A DNA stretch of 63,048 nt from a virus (taxonomy: Duplodnaviria; Caudoviricetes), in IMG/VR virus record IMGVR_UViG_3300036884_000169, positions 1 through 63,048 of that record; one strand, written 5' to 3'. Positions within the stretch are counted from its first letter, which is position 1. Each line of letters begins with the position of its first letter. Made by a program: the position numbers and the translations under genes. Shown piece by piece: positions 50,211-59,411 of the stretch. Below the pieces are notes generated by a model, which saw nothing but the letters and a program-made list of their open reading frames with translations, searched no databases and was not told the DNA's origin.

Positions 50211-50620
50211 AGCTCCCCCTTCAAGAAGTTCTCGCCGATCTTACGTTTCATGTTCGAGTAGAACGCTGGCCATCCTGCGGTGTCCTGCTTTCGCACCAGT
50301 TTTTGGTACAGCGCCACAGACTCCCCCGCAGTGATGTACAGCTCTTGTTTACCCCACAGGTAAATGTTCCTGGAAAAGTCAAACTTGTACCCCCCGCTCT
50401 TCCAGGTAGAAACGCCGGAGGCAGAAATAAATTGGTTAAGCGTTTCCACTCGGTTGTTTTTTCCTGCCCTCACGGTTTGGGGTGTTTTGCATATCGCTAT
50501 GCGAATCTTTACGTCAAGAGATTTCACCATGTCCTTGCGCTCGGCCATGTATGCGACTACAGCCGCAGCAACGCCTTCTGGCTCAGAAACTGCAATGTCA
50601 ATGTAGTCAAGGATTTCCAT
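50207..50620 (-). CDS. Hypothetical protein
   Basis: GGAGG RBS, within the operon. Confidence 0.6.
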   Translation of the reverse strand: MEILDYIDIAVSEPEGVAAAVVAYMAERKDMVKSLDVKIRIAICKTPQTVRAGKNNRVETLNQFISASGVSTWKSGGYKFDFSRNIYLWGKQELYITAGESVALYQKLVRKQDTAGWPAFYSNMKRKIGENFLKGEL

Positions 50621-50629
50621 TTCTTCCTC

Positions 50630-52384
50630 CTAAAACCGGTTGTCGTCTGTACCAGAATCATTACGGTCCTGTTTATGTAGTTTGTTATTTTCGATCACAC
50701 CCGCGTCGGCTTCCATAATGTCGTCGTAGAACGTGTCAAGACTTCGCAGCTCGTCGTCCTCTACCTTCTTCCAGCACTTAATAGTCTTTTCAATCTTTGC
50801 AGCATTTGTGTATTTCAGCTCACCTTCCACGCATCCATACTGCACAAGCTGTTCGCGCAGGTTGGTTCGGCCAAGTATGAACTTTGCCGTGCGCAGGTAA
50901 TCCTGGAATCCTTCTGTCTTGAAGTAAAACGTGCCGCCGTCGGTGTCGTAGTATACTTGCTTGACATTCACCTTGTACGAGTGCTCGGTTCTCGTCTGGC
51001 GGCTGGATAGATACCGCATGAATGTTTCACGCAAGGCAGACATTTCCGTGGTATCTGTCTCTCTGGCAACCAATACTTCTTCTACGTTTGCCATGCAGGT
51101 GTTGACCGTAGTTTCCCAGACAGTCTGTTTAACGGTAATGGACAGTTGATTAAGCGTATCAATGCACACGCGCTGTACAACCTTTTGGTTCATTAAGTTT
51201 TCTGCGCCGTCTATGCGCAACGTCTTATACTCTTCGGTCCCGGATAGCCTGGCTTCCCACAGGTAGTAGGGTGTCTCTGCCATCATTCGTACAATCTTTC
51301 CAAACTCTACGTTGGACACCATGTTGTTCTTGGAACGCCCTACTCCAAACTGTCGTTCTCGGCACAGTGTCTTGTTGCAGAAGCTGACCACCGGCTCTTT
51401 CTTACAGCGCCCGGCTGTCTGCCAGTCCTTGGTGCTGATCGACTGGAAAATACCGTTGATTTCCCGCTGCTCAAGTGGGGCTGGTAGGTCGTTATTCATT
51501 TCTTCGATGTGCTCTTTGGTGAGTGCATCGGCATGTTTGGTTTTAAGATACGTGGCAGCAGTAAAAAGAAACTCGTTGCGCCCGGTGTTGGCACCCATGC
51601 TGCCAGACAGCATGAGCATTTGGACACAAAACGGTGCATCATTATACGGTAATGCGTCGGTAGTTTCCTTTATCGCATCGACTGATGTGAACATCGTCTC
51701 GATAACCGGGATCGCCTTCTTTACAGATAGTAATGCCCCGTCTCGGGTTATCAGCTTCTGCCGAGAACCGCCTTCGCCGCCACTGTTATAAAACGGTAGG
51801 AACAGACACTTGTCATGCTGTCCTGGGGTCCGCTCGGTGTGTGCTGGGAAAATCTCTACACGTGATTTCCCGTCGTTCTGGTAAATCTTGTTTAGCCCAA
51901 AGCGCTCGACGATCCGCTTCATTTCCGCAACAGCTTTTTCTGCTACCTCTGCCTTGCTGTAAAAGAAATAGATGTGCAGCCCACCTGACTTTGAGAAAAA
52001 CGGTGCAAACTTATAGCCATACTTATACAAGCGCTGGATTATTTCCAGGTAGTCTGCATCGTACACATCAATGTCGATAACAGAAAAAAAGCAGACGTTC
52101 TTGCACTCTGGTGTGTCGAACAGAGAGGATATTGCGAGTCCTTCATCGCCGTTAAGGTGGCCCCTGTACTGCTCAATTGTCAGCGGCACATCGTCGTCAT
52201 CATTCGATCCAACAGGAGGCGCGGGATGGTACTTGCTTTTCGACTTATACTTCGCAATGCCCGCAAACTTTGCCTTCATCTTGCCTTCATCATCAAGAGT
52301 AAAGGGTGGAGTATGCTTTACATAATTAGCAGTATAGCCGGTGAACAAGGACCGAAATTGTTCAACAATAGTAGGTCCACTCAT
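50630..52384 (-). CDS. AEP-family primase with a PriCT-like domain
   Basis: IDID, SKSGGLHIY, EIFP and GRN..LF motifs, plus a Cys cluster. Confidence 0.85.
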   Translation of the reverse strand: MSGPTIVEQFRSLFTGYTANYVKHTPPFTLDDEGKMKAKFAGIAKYKSKSKYHPAPPVGSNDDDDVPLTIEQYRGHLNGDEGLAISSLFDTPECKNVCFFSVIDIDVYDADYLEIIQRLYKYGYKFAPFFSKSGGLHIYFFYSKAEVAEKAVAEMKRIVERFGLNKIYQNDGKSRVEIFPAHTERTPGQHDKCLFLPFYNSGGEGGSRQKLITRDGALLSVKKAIPVIETMFTSVDAIKETTDALPYNDAPFCVQMLMLSGSMGANTGRNEFLFTAATYLKTKHADALTKEHIEEMNNDLPAPLEQREINGIFQSISTKDWQTAGRCKKEPVVSFCNKTLCRERQFGVGRSKNNMVSNVEFGKIVRMMAETPYYLWEARLSGTEEYKTLRIDGAENLMNQKVVQRVCIDTLNQLSITVKQTVWETTVNTCMANVEEVLVARETDTTEMSALRETFMRYLSSRQTRTEHSYKVNVKQVYYDTDGGTFYFKTEGFQDYLRTAKFILGRTNLREQLVQYGCVEGELKYTNAAKIEKTIKCWKKVEDDELRSLDTFYDDIMEADAGVIENNKLHKQDRNDSGTDDNRF

Positions 52385-52400
52385 GGCGTTTCACCGGCCT

Positions 52401-52877
52401 TTATTCTTTGATAGTTACGACAATTGGCTGCTTTTGGGTATCGTTCACGGCATTGACGGCAACATAGATGCACCCACACACCTGTACCGTGGCCATACGT
52501 ACCTGATGACGATACTTCTTCGCATCAGTAATGTCACTCAGTTTAACGAACCGGAACTTCTTGTATTTGTATACTACAAGGTCCGGGCGGCTGACAGTGA
52601 TACTATCGGCAGTTGCATCTTCCTTACTGGCTTGCAAGTGGGCTACAGCCTCGTCAATGTCCTGGACGATGATCTGGTCACTCATGCAGGCGTAGTTGTC
52701 CTGGTGCTGTGGCTCAGACGAAAACAGGATGTTGTCAAATACCTGTTTCTGTGTGAGTTCCTTGTTGGCGACGGCGCGTAAAAGCCCCGCATCGCCGAAC
52801 CTGTTTGCCGTGCGGCACAGGTGCTGGTTGACATATTCTTTACCTTCGACGGTAACTTTGTAAAAAGCCATGTTCAT
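52401..52877 (-). CDS. Hypothetical protein
   Basis: AAGGAG RBS. Confidence 0.6.
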   Translation of the reverse strand: MNMAFYKVTVEGKEYVNQHLCRTANRFGDAGLLRAVANKELTQKQVFDNILFSSEPQHQDNYACMSDQIIVQDIDEAVAHLQASKEDATADSITVSRPDLVVYKYKKFRFVKLSDITDAKKYRHQVRMATVQVCGCIYVAVNAVNDTQKQPIVVTIKE

Positions 52878-52896
52878 TCTCCTTGTTTATAGAGTC

Positions 52897-52963
52897 CGGG
52901 AACGGCGGGGATTGAACCCGCTCGTGTCAGTGCCCTGGTGCCTTCCCACTTGGCTACGCTCCC
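52897..52963 (-). ncRNA. tRNA-like RNA with a truncated anticodon arm
   Basis: Acceptor stem GGGAGCG/CGTTCCC, D arm GCC-AAGTGGGAA-GGC, T arm GCGGG-TTCAATC-CCCGC. Only 18 nt between D and T arms. No encoded CCA. Confidence 0.75.
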
Positions 52964-52989
52964 ACCCATTTAGTCTATTGGTTGACCTA

Positions 52990-53913
52990 TCAGAACTTCG
53001 CGCCTTCATCATCGTCGGCGGCAACGGCACGTTTGGCACCCTTGCCAGCCGAAGAAGTGAGGGCCACAGCCGGGGCGGGCTGCTCAAGCAAGGCTGCGAG
53101 GGTAGATTTAGATTTCTTGGATACCATGCGGTTTTCCGCATACTCTTCATTCAGGTGCGCGTACATTTCCAGGGTGGCTTCCACGTCCTCGATACTCATG
53201 CCGCCATCATCTTCGCTGATGAGTTTGATCTTACCGTCAGTAAAATCGAAGTTCTTGCCAACAATCTCGAAGTCCGGGAACAGGTTAGTCGAATCCCAGG
53301 TCTTGTTCTGGATGGCCTGGCTGGTCACTTTGACCTTGATCTGGGGGGCGATTTCGCTGCCGTTCTTTACCATCTTGGCCAATTTCGCATAGACGCTATT
53401 GCCAGTGGATCGGAAGGAAATGACCACGTTTTCCAGGTCGGGGAACTTGTCGAGGCGCAATGCCAGCCAATGCACCGGTTTCAGTACATGCCCGGAGCCG
53501 TCCTTGGAAATGAACGGGCGGTCGAAAATCCCTTCCGTCTGGATGTTTTCGGCGTCTTCGGGCATCCAATACCCGAAAATCTTGGCCAGTTCCTTGCTGC
53601 CTTCCTTCTTGATTTCGGACTCTTCGTACAGCTTGAACATACCGACGATGGTGGCCTCGAAGGACAGGCCCAGGTGCAGCTTCTTGTTGCCGATGACGAA
53701 GCTTTTGTACTTCGCACCCTTGATGAACTCGGGCTTGGTTTGGTTCAATTCCTTGGCCTCGGGATCACCAATCAGCTTGATGAAATTGTTCTGCCCGCCA
53801 ATTTCTGCGCGAGAAACATCTTCGTGCGCTTTCCCGGCTATGGCGAGTTGACTCAGCTTGTCGAGTGCCGAAACCTTGCTCACTTTTGCCGGTGTTTCCG
53901 TTGTCTTTGCCAT
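52990..53913 (-). CDS. Probable single-stranded DNA-binding protein
   Basis: In the replication module, with an acidic tail ending in Phe (DDDEGAKF). GGAGG RBS and GC3-rich codons. Confidence 0.6.
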   Translation of the reverse strand: MAKTTETPAKVSKVSALDKLSQLAIAGKAHEDVSRAEIGGQNNFIKLIGDPEAKELNQTKPEFIKGAKYKSFVIGNKKLHLGLSFEATIVGMFKLYEESEIKKEGSKELAKIFGYWMPEDAENIQTEGIFDRPFISKDGSGHVLKPVHWLALRLDKFPDLENVVISFRSTGNSVYAKLAKMVKNGSEIAPQIKVKVTSQAIQNKTWDSTNLFPDFEIVGKNFDFTDGKIKLISEDDGGMSIEDVEATLEMYAHLNEEYAENRMVSKKSKSTLAALLEQPAPAVALTSSAGKGAKRAVAADDDEGAKF

Positions 53914-53923
53914 TGTGTACCTC

Positions 53924-54265
53924 CTATGGCGTATCAATAAAACCAGTCTTGGCCTTATTTTCTTGGTGATAATGTACCCGCCGTGCGTCAATGTGAATCG
54001 ACCGGGCATCGACGGATACTTGCTGGGCTTGCTGACGGGCGATCATCTGGTAGTACTCATCGCTGAGTTTACCCATCCGAGCATCAGCCCTATCCTCGCG
54101 CCGGTCATTGGCACCGGCAACAGAGTCGAAAATCAGTGCAAACGGCAGGCTTACCAAAGCGCCGGTGCAGAAAATAATCCAGAATACAGCCCAGGAGCCA
54201 AACGGTATAGCACACAGGGCGCTCACGAACAACACACCGACTAAAGCTCCTTTCGTGTATTGCAT
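53924..54265 (-). CDS. Small membrane protein
   Basis: Two N-terminal hydrophobic segments. Confidence 0.55.
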   Translation of the reverse strand: MQYTKGALVGVLFVSALCAIPFGSWAVFWIIFCTGALVSLPFALIFDSVAGANDRREDRADARMGKLSDEYYQMIARQQAQQVSVDARSIHIDARRVHYHQENKAKTGFIDTP

Positions 54266-54268
54266 GGT

Positions 54269-55276
54269 TTATACCTTATTCACTTTGGTCGTGATGCCGT
54301 GGTCACGCAGCATATTGAACAGCGCGGTAAGTGCATCCCCAGCGTCAATCGGATACGTGATGGTGATTGACAGACTCTTGGTCTTCTTGGGGAAGTCCGA
54401 TTGAAAATCAATCTTTTCTGCATCTTCCAGCACCCGCCCGGCCAAACTCTTTTCTTCGGCAGGCCCATCTTCTTCTTCATCGTCGGCCAAATACTCGGTG
54501 CTGTCTTCGGGGCTTCCTGGTACGCCAACAACCTGCTTTGGTGCCTTCAATTCTGCCAGGCGTCCCTGTTCGGTTTCGATCCATTCCAGAATACTGGCAA
54601 CATCCAAACCGCCGTCAAGCTTGTCGATTTGGGCTTGCACATTGATTTCGGGGGAGTCTTTAAGGGTTCTGTTGATGAGCTTGATCGCGCCGTTACGGGC
54701 GACCTGCTCGGCCTTCAATACCTTGAACTGCTCTTCCAGATCAGCCTTGGATTCACGTTCGATGGACGTTTTGTTGTAGTACGACTTCTTGTACTCAATA
54801 CGTGCCAAATAACGATCTTCCAGGCTGTAGAAGGTGGCGAAGTTTTCCTTGTAGGCATCCAAGGCTTCGTTGATGTCGTCAATGCGCTTCTGGTCTTCCT
54901 TTGAAAGAGCCTGGTCAATTTCAGATTCAGTACTGCCGATAATCGACAGGAGCGAATCCATCTTGGCATCAAAAATCTTTTTGGGATTGTTGAAGCGCTC
55001 GGATTTGACGTTGGCTTGAATCTTGGTCAGTGACGTGCGCAGGTTGACCAGTTCAGCCTTGATGATCTTGGCTTGTTCGATGTTTTCGTCAGTGAACACC
55101 AGATCAGCGTACTTGGCAGCAACCCCCTTCAAGTAGGTTTCGACTTCCTCGAAGTTCGCCTCGACTTCGTAACTGGGGCGCTTCTTAACATCGAACACTG
55201 GCATCTTGGCCGGTAGGGTATTGCTCGGTGGAGCCACTTCGGCATCGGTGGCTTGTACTTTACTTTTGATCGTCAT
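54269..55276 (-). CDS. DUF1351-like coiled-coil protein
   Basis: NFEE.......KY..LV.T.E....AK...A.L motif. Confidence 0.7.
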   Translation of the reverse strand: MTIKSKVQATDAEVAPPSNTLPAKMPVFDVKKRPSYEVEANFEEVETYLKGVAAKYADLVFTDENIEQAKIIKAELVNLRTSLTKIQANVKSERFNNPKKIFDAKMDSLLSIIGSTESEIDQALSKEDQKRIDDINEALDAYKENFATFYSLEDRYLARIEYKKSYYNKTSIERESKADLEEQFKVLKAEQVARNGAIKLINRTLKDSPEINVQAQIDKLDGGLDVASILEWIETEQGRLAELKAPKQVVGVPGSPEDSTEYLADDEEEDGPAEEKSLAGRVLEDAEKIDFQSDFPKKTKSLSITITYPIDAGDALTALFNMLRDHGITTKVNKV

Positions 55277-55713
55277 AACTGACCTCCTGTGATACTTGAT
55301 TTCCGCGTTCTTTGGCATCTGCCAGCCAGTCGAACGTATCGTTTTTCTTCTGTTCTTTCTGCACAGCACGTATTGCCCGGCGTTGCTGCTTGGTCAGGTG
55401 TTGCTTGGGCACCGCCCGCTGGATGGTTGTACCAGGACCAGCGAGCGTGTACCCGTTGCTTACGTATCGACCTTTCGTATTGAGCATCACTTACCAGCCT
55501 TTATCGGCGTAAGAAACTCGTTACGGGCTTTGATTACTGCCTTGTCGAGTGCCACCAGCACGTCTTCTACACTGTCGGATGGGCCAACCGTTGCAGTATA
55601 GCCAATCCTGAATGACTCGTAGTTTCCTAAGTTGAACACGCGCTCAAAATGTACTTCTTTAATCTTTGGTTCCGTCATCGTTTCCCCCTTCACTATATAA
55701 GGCAATGAGCCAC

Positions 55714-56298
55714 TTATTTTTCGTCTTTTTTACCGTACAAAAGTTCTTCAATTTCACACGCATCTTTCGGGAAAATCGGGTAGTACTCTTTGTCGCGAAA
55801 TGCGGCGCACCACAGCTTATCCACGCGGTATGGTGTGAACGTTTCAATGAAGTATTTGTAAATACTGAGTTGCCAGGTCACGGGTGTACGCTTGAAACTG
55901 CGCTTCATGTCGAATAAGTCAAGAATCTTGCCGTCGTACTCGGCGATGATGTCCACCGCAGACGCATATTGGGTAAGGTCGCTGACCAGCACTTCGGAGT
56001 GCATGAACTTTGGAATCTGGGTGCATTTGTCTATCAGGGTGCCCGTTATCCACATGACACCGGGGTGCATTGAATTGCAAGTACGCCCCCGTGCGTCTAT
56101 CCAGTCTTCAACCGCCTTGTGGACATGCAACCCTTCGCCTCGGGCTTCCCCTACAAACTCTTCGGGAAACTTGGTGCCCAAGCGCTTGCCGATGATCCCC
56201 GTCACGCCCGATAACTGCTTCCCCCGTAGGTGATACTCATGCCGTGCCTCATTGAAGACGACGCCAGGAGCCAGAATCAACGCATTTTTTTTTGCCAT
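55714..56298 (-). CDS. PD-(D/E)XK (Cas4-like/exonuclease) protein
   Basis: F.E..H.Y...G..L.GVT, G..VH, SE, VD, D.K and WQLS.Y motifs. Confidence 0.8.
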   Translation of the reverse strand: MAKKNALILAPGVVFNEARHEYHLRGKQLSGVTGIIGKRLGTKFPEEFVGEARGEGLHVHKAVEDWIDARGRTCNSMHPGVMWITGTLIDKCTQIPKFMHSEVLVSDLTQYASAVDIIAEYDGKILDLFDMKRSFKRTPVTWQLSIYKYFIETFTPYRVDKLWCAAFRDKEYYPIFPKDACEIEELLYGKKDEK

Positions 56299-56304
56299 GT
56301 GAGT

Positions 56305-56333
56305 ATCCTATACTTGTATTTACTATTTGTCAA
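56305..56333 (-). promoter_or_regulatory. Sigma70-type promoter of the replication operon
   Basis: TTGACA-17 nt-TAGGAT, with an ATG 6 nt downstream. Confidence 0.65.
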
Positions 56334-56341
56334 ATGCTAAG

Positions 56342-56959
56342 TCACTCAATTTCAAGGAGAAACCGGACTTCGCTATTGGTGGGGGCATGGTGACTATTAT
56401 CATATGCCCGATCCCGTTTTGCAAGCATTTCTTTCGGTGCTGCAAGTCTCCCCTGGTAAAAATCGGGGTGGGCAGAAAAAAATAGACTTGCGGGGATTCC
56501 GTGCAGCATGGGCTTGCGGAAGAGGGTCAGGGCGTTTAGATATGTACTATGCAAACCGTACTGTGGAACGTAGGTATCCCACAGGCCCAGGTGGTCGAAC
56601 AGGGATTCGTAGAAGTCCCAGGTAGTTGTGGGCGGCGGTGTCGCCCGATAGTAGGCTGCTTCCACGGCACAAAATGCCAGTAGGCGGTCCAGCCCCAGCA
56701 ATGGCCATATTTCTTTTGCATCGAACGCTACCATGCGCACCGTGCCTTGGCCGGTGTACTCGAACAGCGGCCACCCGGCCTTCGTGTTGGTGTACGCCAG
56801 TGCGCTCAATGCATCGCTGCTCATATTTTTTGTGACTATTTCTCCAGTGAGAAAAATCTGTGCTGCCTCGGGGTTTACTTCCGATAATCCCCGGATGGCA
56901 ACTTTGGCCGCGCCGGATAGTCTACCGGGACGGTATGCCCAGTGTCGCTGTGTTTTCAT
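56342..56959 (-). CDS. Hypothetical protein
   Basis: AAGGAG RBS, downstream of the motif at 56980-57017. Confidence 0.65.
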   Translation of the reverse strand: MKTQRHWAYRPGRLSGAAKVAIRGLSEVNPEAAQIFLTGEIVTKNMSSDALSALAYTNTKAGWPLFEYTGQGTVRMVAFDAKEIWPLLGLDRLLAFCAVEAAYYRATPPPTTTWDFYESLFDHLGLWDTYVPQYGLHSTYLNALTLFRKPMLHGIPASLFFSAHPDFYQGRLAAPKEMLAKRDRAYDNSHHAPTNSEVRFLLEIE

Positions 56960-57039
56960 AATACTCCTTTATTGCTCCGTTGCCTTATAACGCAATAAGT
57001 ACACACGTTTTCGTCAATTAAATGCAAACTTTGCGAAGG

Positions 57040-57068
57040 TTGACATTCGGAGGTTGTGAACGTACAAT
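57040..57068 (+). promoter_or_regulatory. Sigma70-type promoter of the second fibre cassette
   Basis: TTGACA-17 nt-TACAAT. Confidence 0.7.
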
Positions 57069-57118
57069 GGAACTGTCTGTCGCATAGGCACTTATTTTGG
57101 TTTAAGGTAGGTAAGTAC

Positions 57119-57448
57119 GTGGCTTTTAACTTTGCTGTAAAGTGCGGTGATACCTACAACGGCGCTCAGATTACTGTTGAAGTAACTGACAGCGAAGGTA
57201 TTACCAAGCTGCTTGACCTAAAAGACGCAACTGCTTCTATGACCATCACGAAACAAGCAGAGTTTACCCCGACCAAGGTATTAACTACCGGTAGCGGACT
57301 TACCATCCTCAGCTCGGAGGGTGTGATTGGTATTGACTCACAGATTTTCGATCTTCGCCCTGGCCTCTACGATTATCAAATCCGTTTTATATTAGCGAAC
57401 GGCGTCGTTAAAAGCTACGTTGGCGGTGTCATCACCGCAGTGCGGTGA
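57119..57448 (+). CDS. Small Ig-like (BppU N-terminal-like) structural protein
   Basis: GDT.......DL..AT......G.Y.Y.I......G.V.....G.I pattern. Confidence 0.65.
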   Translation: MAFNFAVKCGDTYNGAQITVEVTDSEGITKLLDLKDATASMTITKQAEFTPTKVLTTGSGLTILSSEGVIGIDSQIFDLRPGLYDYQIRFILANGVVKSYVGGVITAVR

Positions 57449-57457
57449 AGCACAACC

Positions 57458-58606
57458 ATGTGTGCCGCTGTTGAAACGCCAGAACATATCACCATCCATG
57501 CGACTGAGCACATAGAGAAAGGCACGATCCAGGTAATTGAGAAGCCAGAACAAGCCGCCATCCATGCGACTGAGCACATAGAGAAAGGCATGATCCATGT
57601 AATTGAGAAGCCAGAAAATATCACCATATCGGTAATTGAAAAACCAGAAAATACCGTCGTATTGGTAGCAGAAAAAGGTACGAAAGGCGACGCGGGGCGT
57701 CAAGGACAGCCAGGGCCACAGGGAATCCAGGGTCCACAAGGGCGACAGGGAAACCCCGGCACCACCGGAGCACACGGGCCTGTTGGCCCACAAGGTACCC
57801 CCGGCGAAGCTGGCCCACAGGGAGTACAGGGAATCCAGGGTGCCGCGTCTACCGTGCCCGGCCCAGCCGGACCCATAGGACCGAAAGGACTGACCGGTGA
57901 CACAGGCCCGGCAGGAGCCGACTCGATTGTTGCTGGCCCCAAAGGCGACACAGGTGCACAGGGTCCGACCGGCATTACTGGTCCGCGAGGACCGACAGGG
58001 CTTACTGGACCGACAGGGCTTACTGGACCGACCGGGCTGACCGGTCCCGCAGGTGCCACCGGTCCCGCAGGGGTGGCAGGCCCGGCAGGTGCCGACTCTA
58101 CCGTGCCCGGCCCGGCTGGTGCAACAGGAGCCACCGGTCCACGTGGATTACAAGGTGCCCCAGGACCGACTGGGCCACGCGGACTCACGGGGGACACAGG
58201 GGCTACAGGTGCCACCGGCCCACAGGGAGCGCTTGGCCCCCAGGGTGCAACAGGTGCCGACTCTACTGTGCCCGGCCCGACCGGCCCCACCGGGCCGCAG
58301 GGTCCGCGTGGATTAGTTGGCTTAACTGGTGCAAGAGGACCGACCGGACTGGCAGGTCCAGCAGGGCCGACTGGAGAAACAGGTGCAACTGGACCCACAG
58401 GCCCACCAGGAGAAACAGGCTTCAACTGGGTGCAGTCCGCCCCGTCCGACACCTGGGCCATTCCACACAACTTGGGTTATTTTCCCAGTGTGGATACATT
58501 CAGCGTTGGCGGAGTTGAGATAGAAGGATCGGTGATTCAACTGACTGATAATGTAACCCAAATATCGTTCAATGTTGCCGTGGCGGGAACTGCCCGGTTA
58601 TCATAA
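57458..58606 (+). CDS. Collagen-like (Gly-X-Y) fibre protein
   Basis: Long Gly-X-Y tract at ~57677-58420 and a C-terminal W.I.HNLG..P.V domain. Confidence 0.92.
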   Translation: MCAAVETPEHITIHATEHIEKGTIQVIEKPEQAAIHATEHIEKGMIHVIEKPENITISVIEKPENTVVLVAEKGTKGDAGRQGQPGPQGIQGPQGRQGNPGTTGAHGPVGPQGTPGEAGPQGVQGIQGAASTVPGPAGPIGPKGLTGDTGPAGADSIVAGPKGDTGAQGPTGITGPRGPTGLTGPTGLTGPTGLTGPAGATGPAGVAGPAGADSTVPGPAGATGATGPRGLQGAPGPTGPRGLTGDTGATGATGPQGALGPQGATGADSTVPGPTGPTGPQGPRGLVGLTGARGPTGLAGPAGPTGETGATGPTGPPGETGFNWVQSAPSDTWAIPHNLGYFPSVDTFSVGGVEIEGSVIQLTDNVTQISFNVAVAGTARLS

Positions 58607-58619
58607 AAGGAGAACAGCA

Positions 58620-59411
58620 ATGAGCAAGCAAGTTTTAACAACACTGGATTTCAATGCCCAAGGCAAGATCATCGGATTGCCCAATGGTATAGACCCGCAA
58701 GATGCGGCAACCGTTGCACAATTAACAGCGGCTATTGAGGGCATGGCCTGGAAAGATGACGTGGTTTGCCGTGCTGCATCAAACATCAATCTGGCGTCAC
58801 CTGGGGCCACTATTGACGGCGTGACTATGACTGCCAATGACCGTTTTCTGGCCAGTGAGCAAACCGCTGATGCAGATAATGGCATATATATTTATAACGG
58901 AGCATCAACTCCCGCCACCCGATCCCTGGACATGAACGCCAGTGCTGAGTTTAACCAAGCTATCGTGCCGGTTGGCCAAGGCACGAGCGCCGGTACGCAG
59001 TGGCGGCAAACCGCGCTTAATCCGACTGTGGACAGCACTACGATTACTTTTGTGGCCTTCCTTGCCGCCAGCCCCGCTGCATCAGAAAGTACAGCCGGTA
59101 TAGCTGAGATTGCGACACAAGCGGAGACAGACGCCGGGACCGATGATGCACGTATCGTGACGCCGTTAAAGCTAAAAACCGCGTCGTTTATGCTCAAAAA
59201 GTATTCCACCTTGATTGGTGACGGAACCGCTACATCTTTCACCGTTACGCACAATCTCGGGTCAAGAGACGTACAGGTTAGTGTGTACCGGGTAAGTGGT
59301 AGCTATGATGAGGTCGAGGTTGATGTGGATAATACCACTACCAATACCGTAACCATTGTATTCAATGTAGCACCGGCTTCTAATGCTTTCCGGGTCGTGG
59401 TAATTGGTTAA
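58620..59411 (+). CDS. Virion fibre/decoration protein
   Basis: QDAAT, WK..V, IDGV....DR.L...Q....NGIY, GIAEIATQAE and THNLG motifs. Confidence 0.75.
   Translation: MSKQVLTTLDFNAQGKIIGLPNGIDPQDAATVAQLTAAIEGMAWKDDVVCRAASNINLASPGATIDGVTMTANDRFLASEQTADADNGIYIYNGASTPATRSLDMNASAEFNQAIVPVGQGTSAGTQWRQTALNPTVDSTTITFVAFLAASPAASESTAGIAEIATQAETDAGTDDARIVTPLKLKTASFMLKKYSTLIGDGTATSFTVTHNLGSRDVQVSVYRVSGSYDEVEVDVDNTTTNTVTIVFNVAPASNAFRVVVIG

Noticed and set aside
52897-52963. Functional tRNA-Cys
   Set aside because: GCA is present, but no 5-bp stem with a 7-nt anticodon loop can form, so it is reported as tRNA-like.
57700-58470. Antisense collagen-like ORF
   Set aside because: Gly/Pro codon complementarity of the plus-strand collagen gene explains it.
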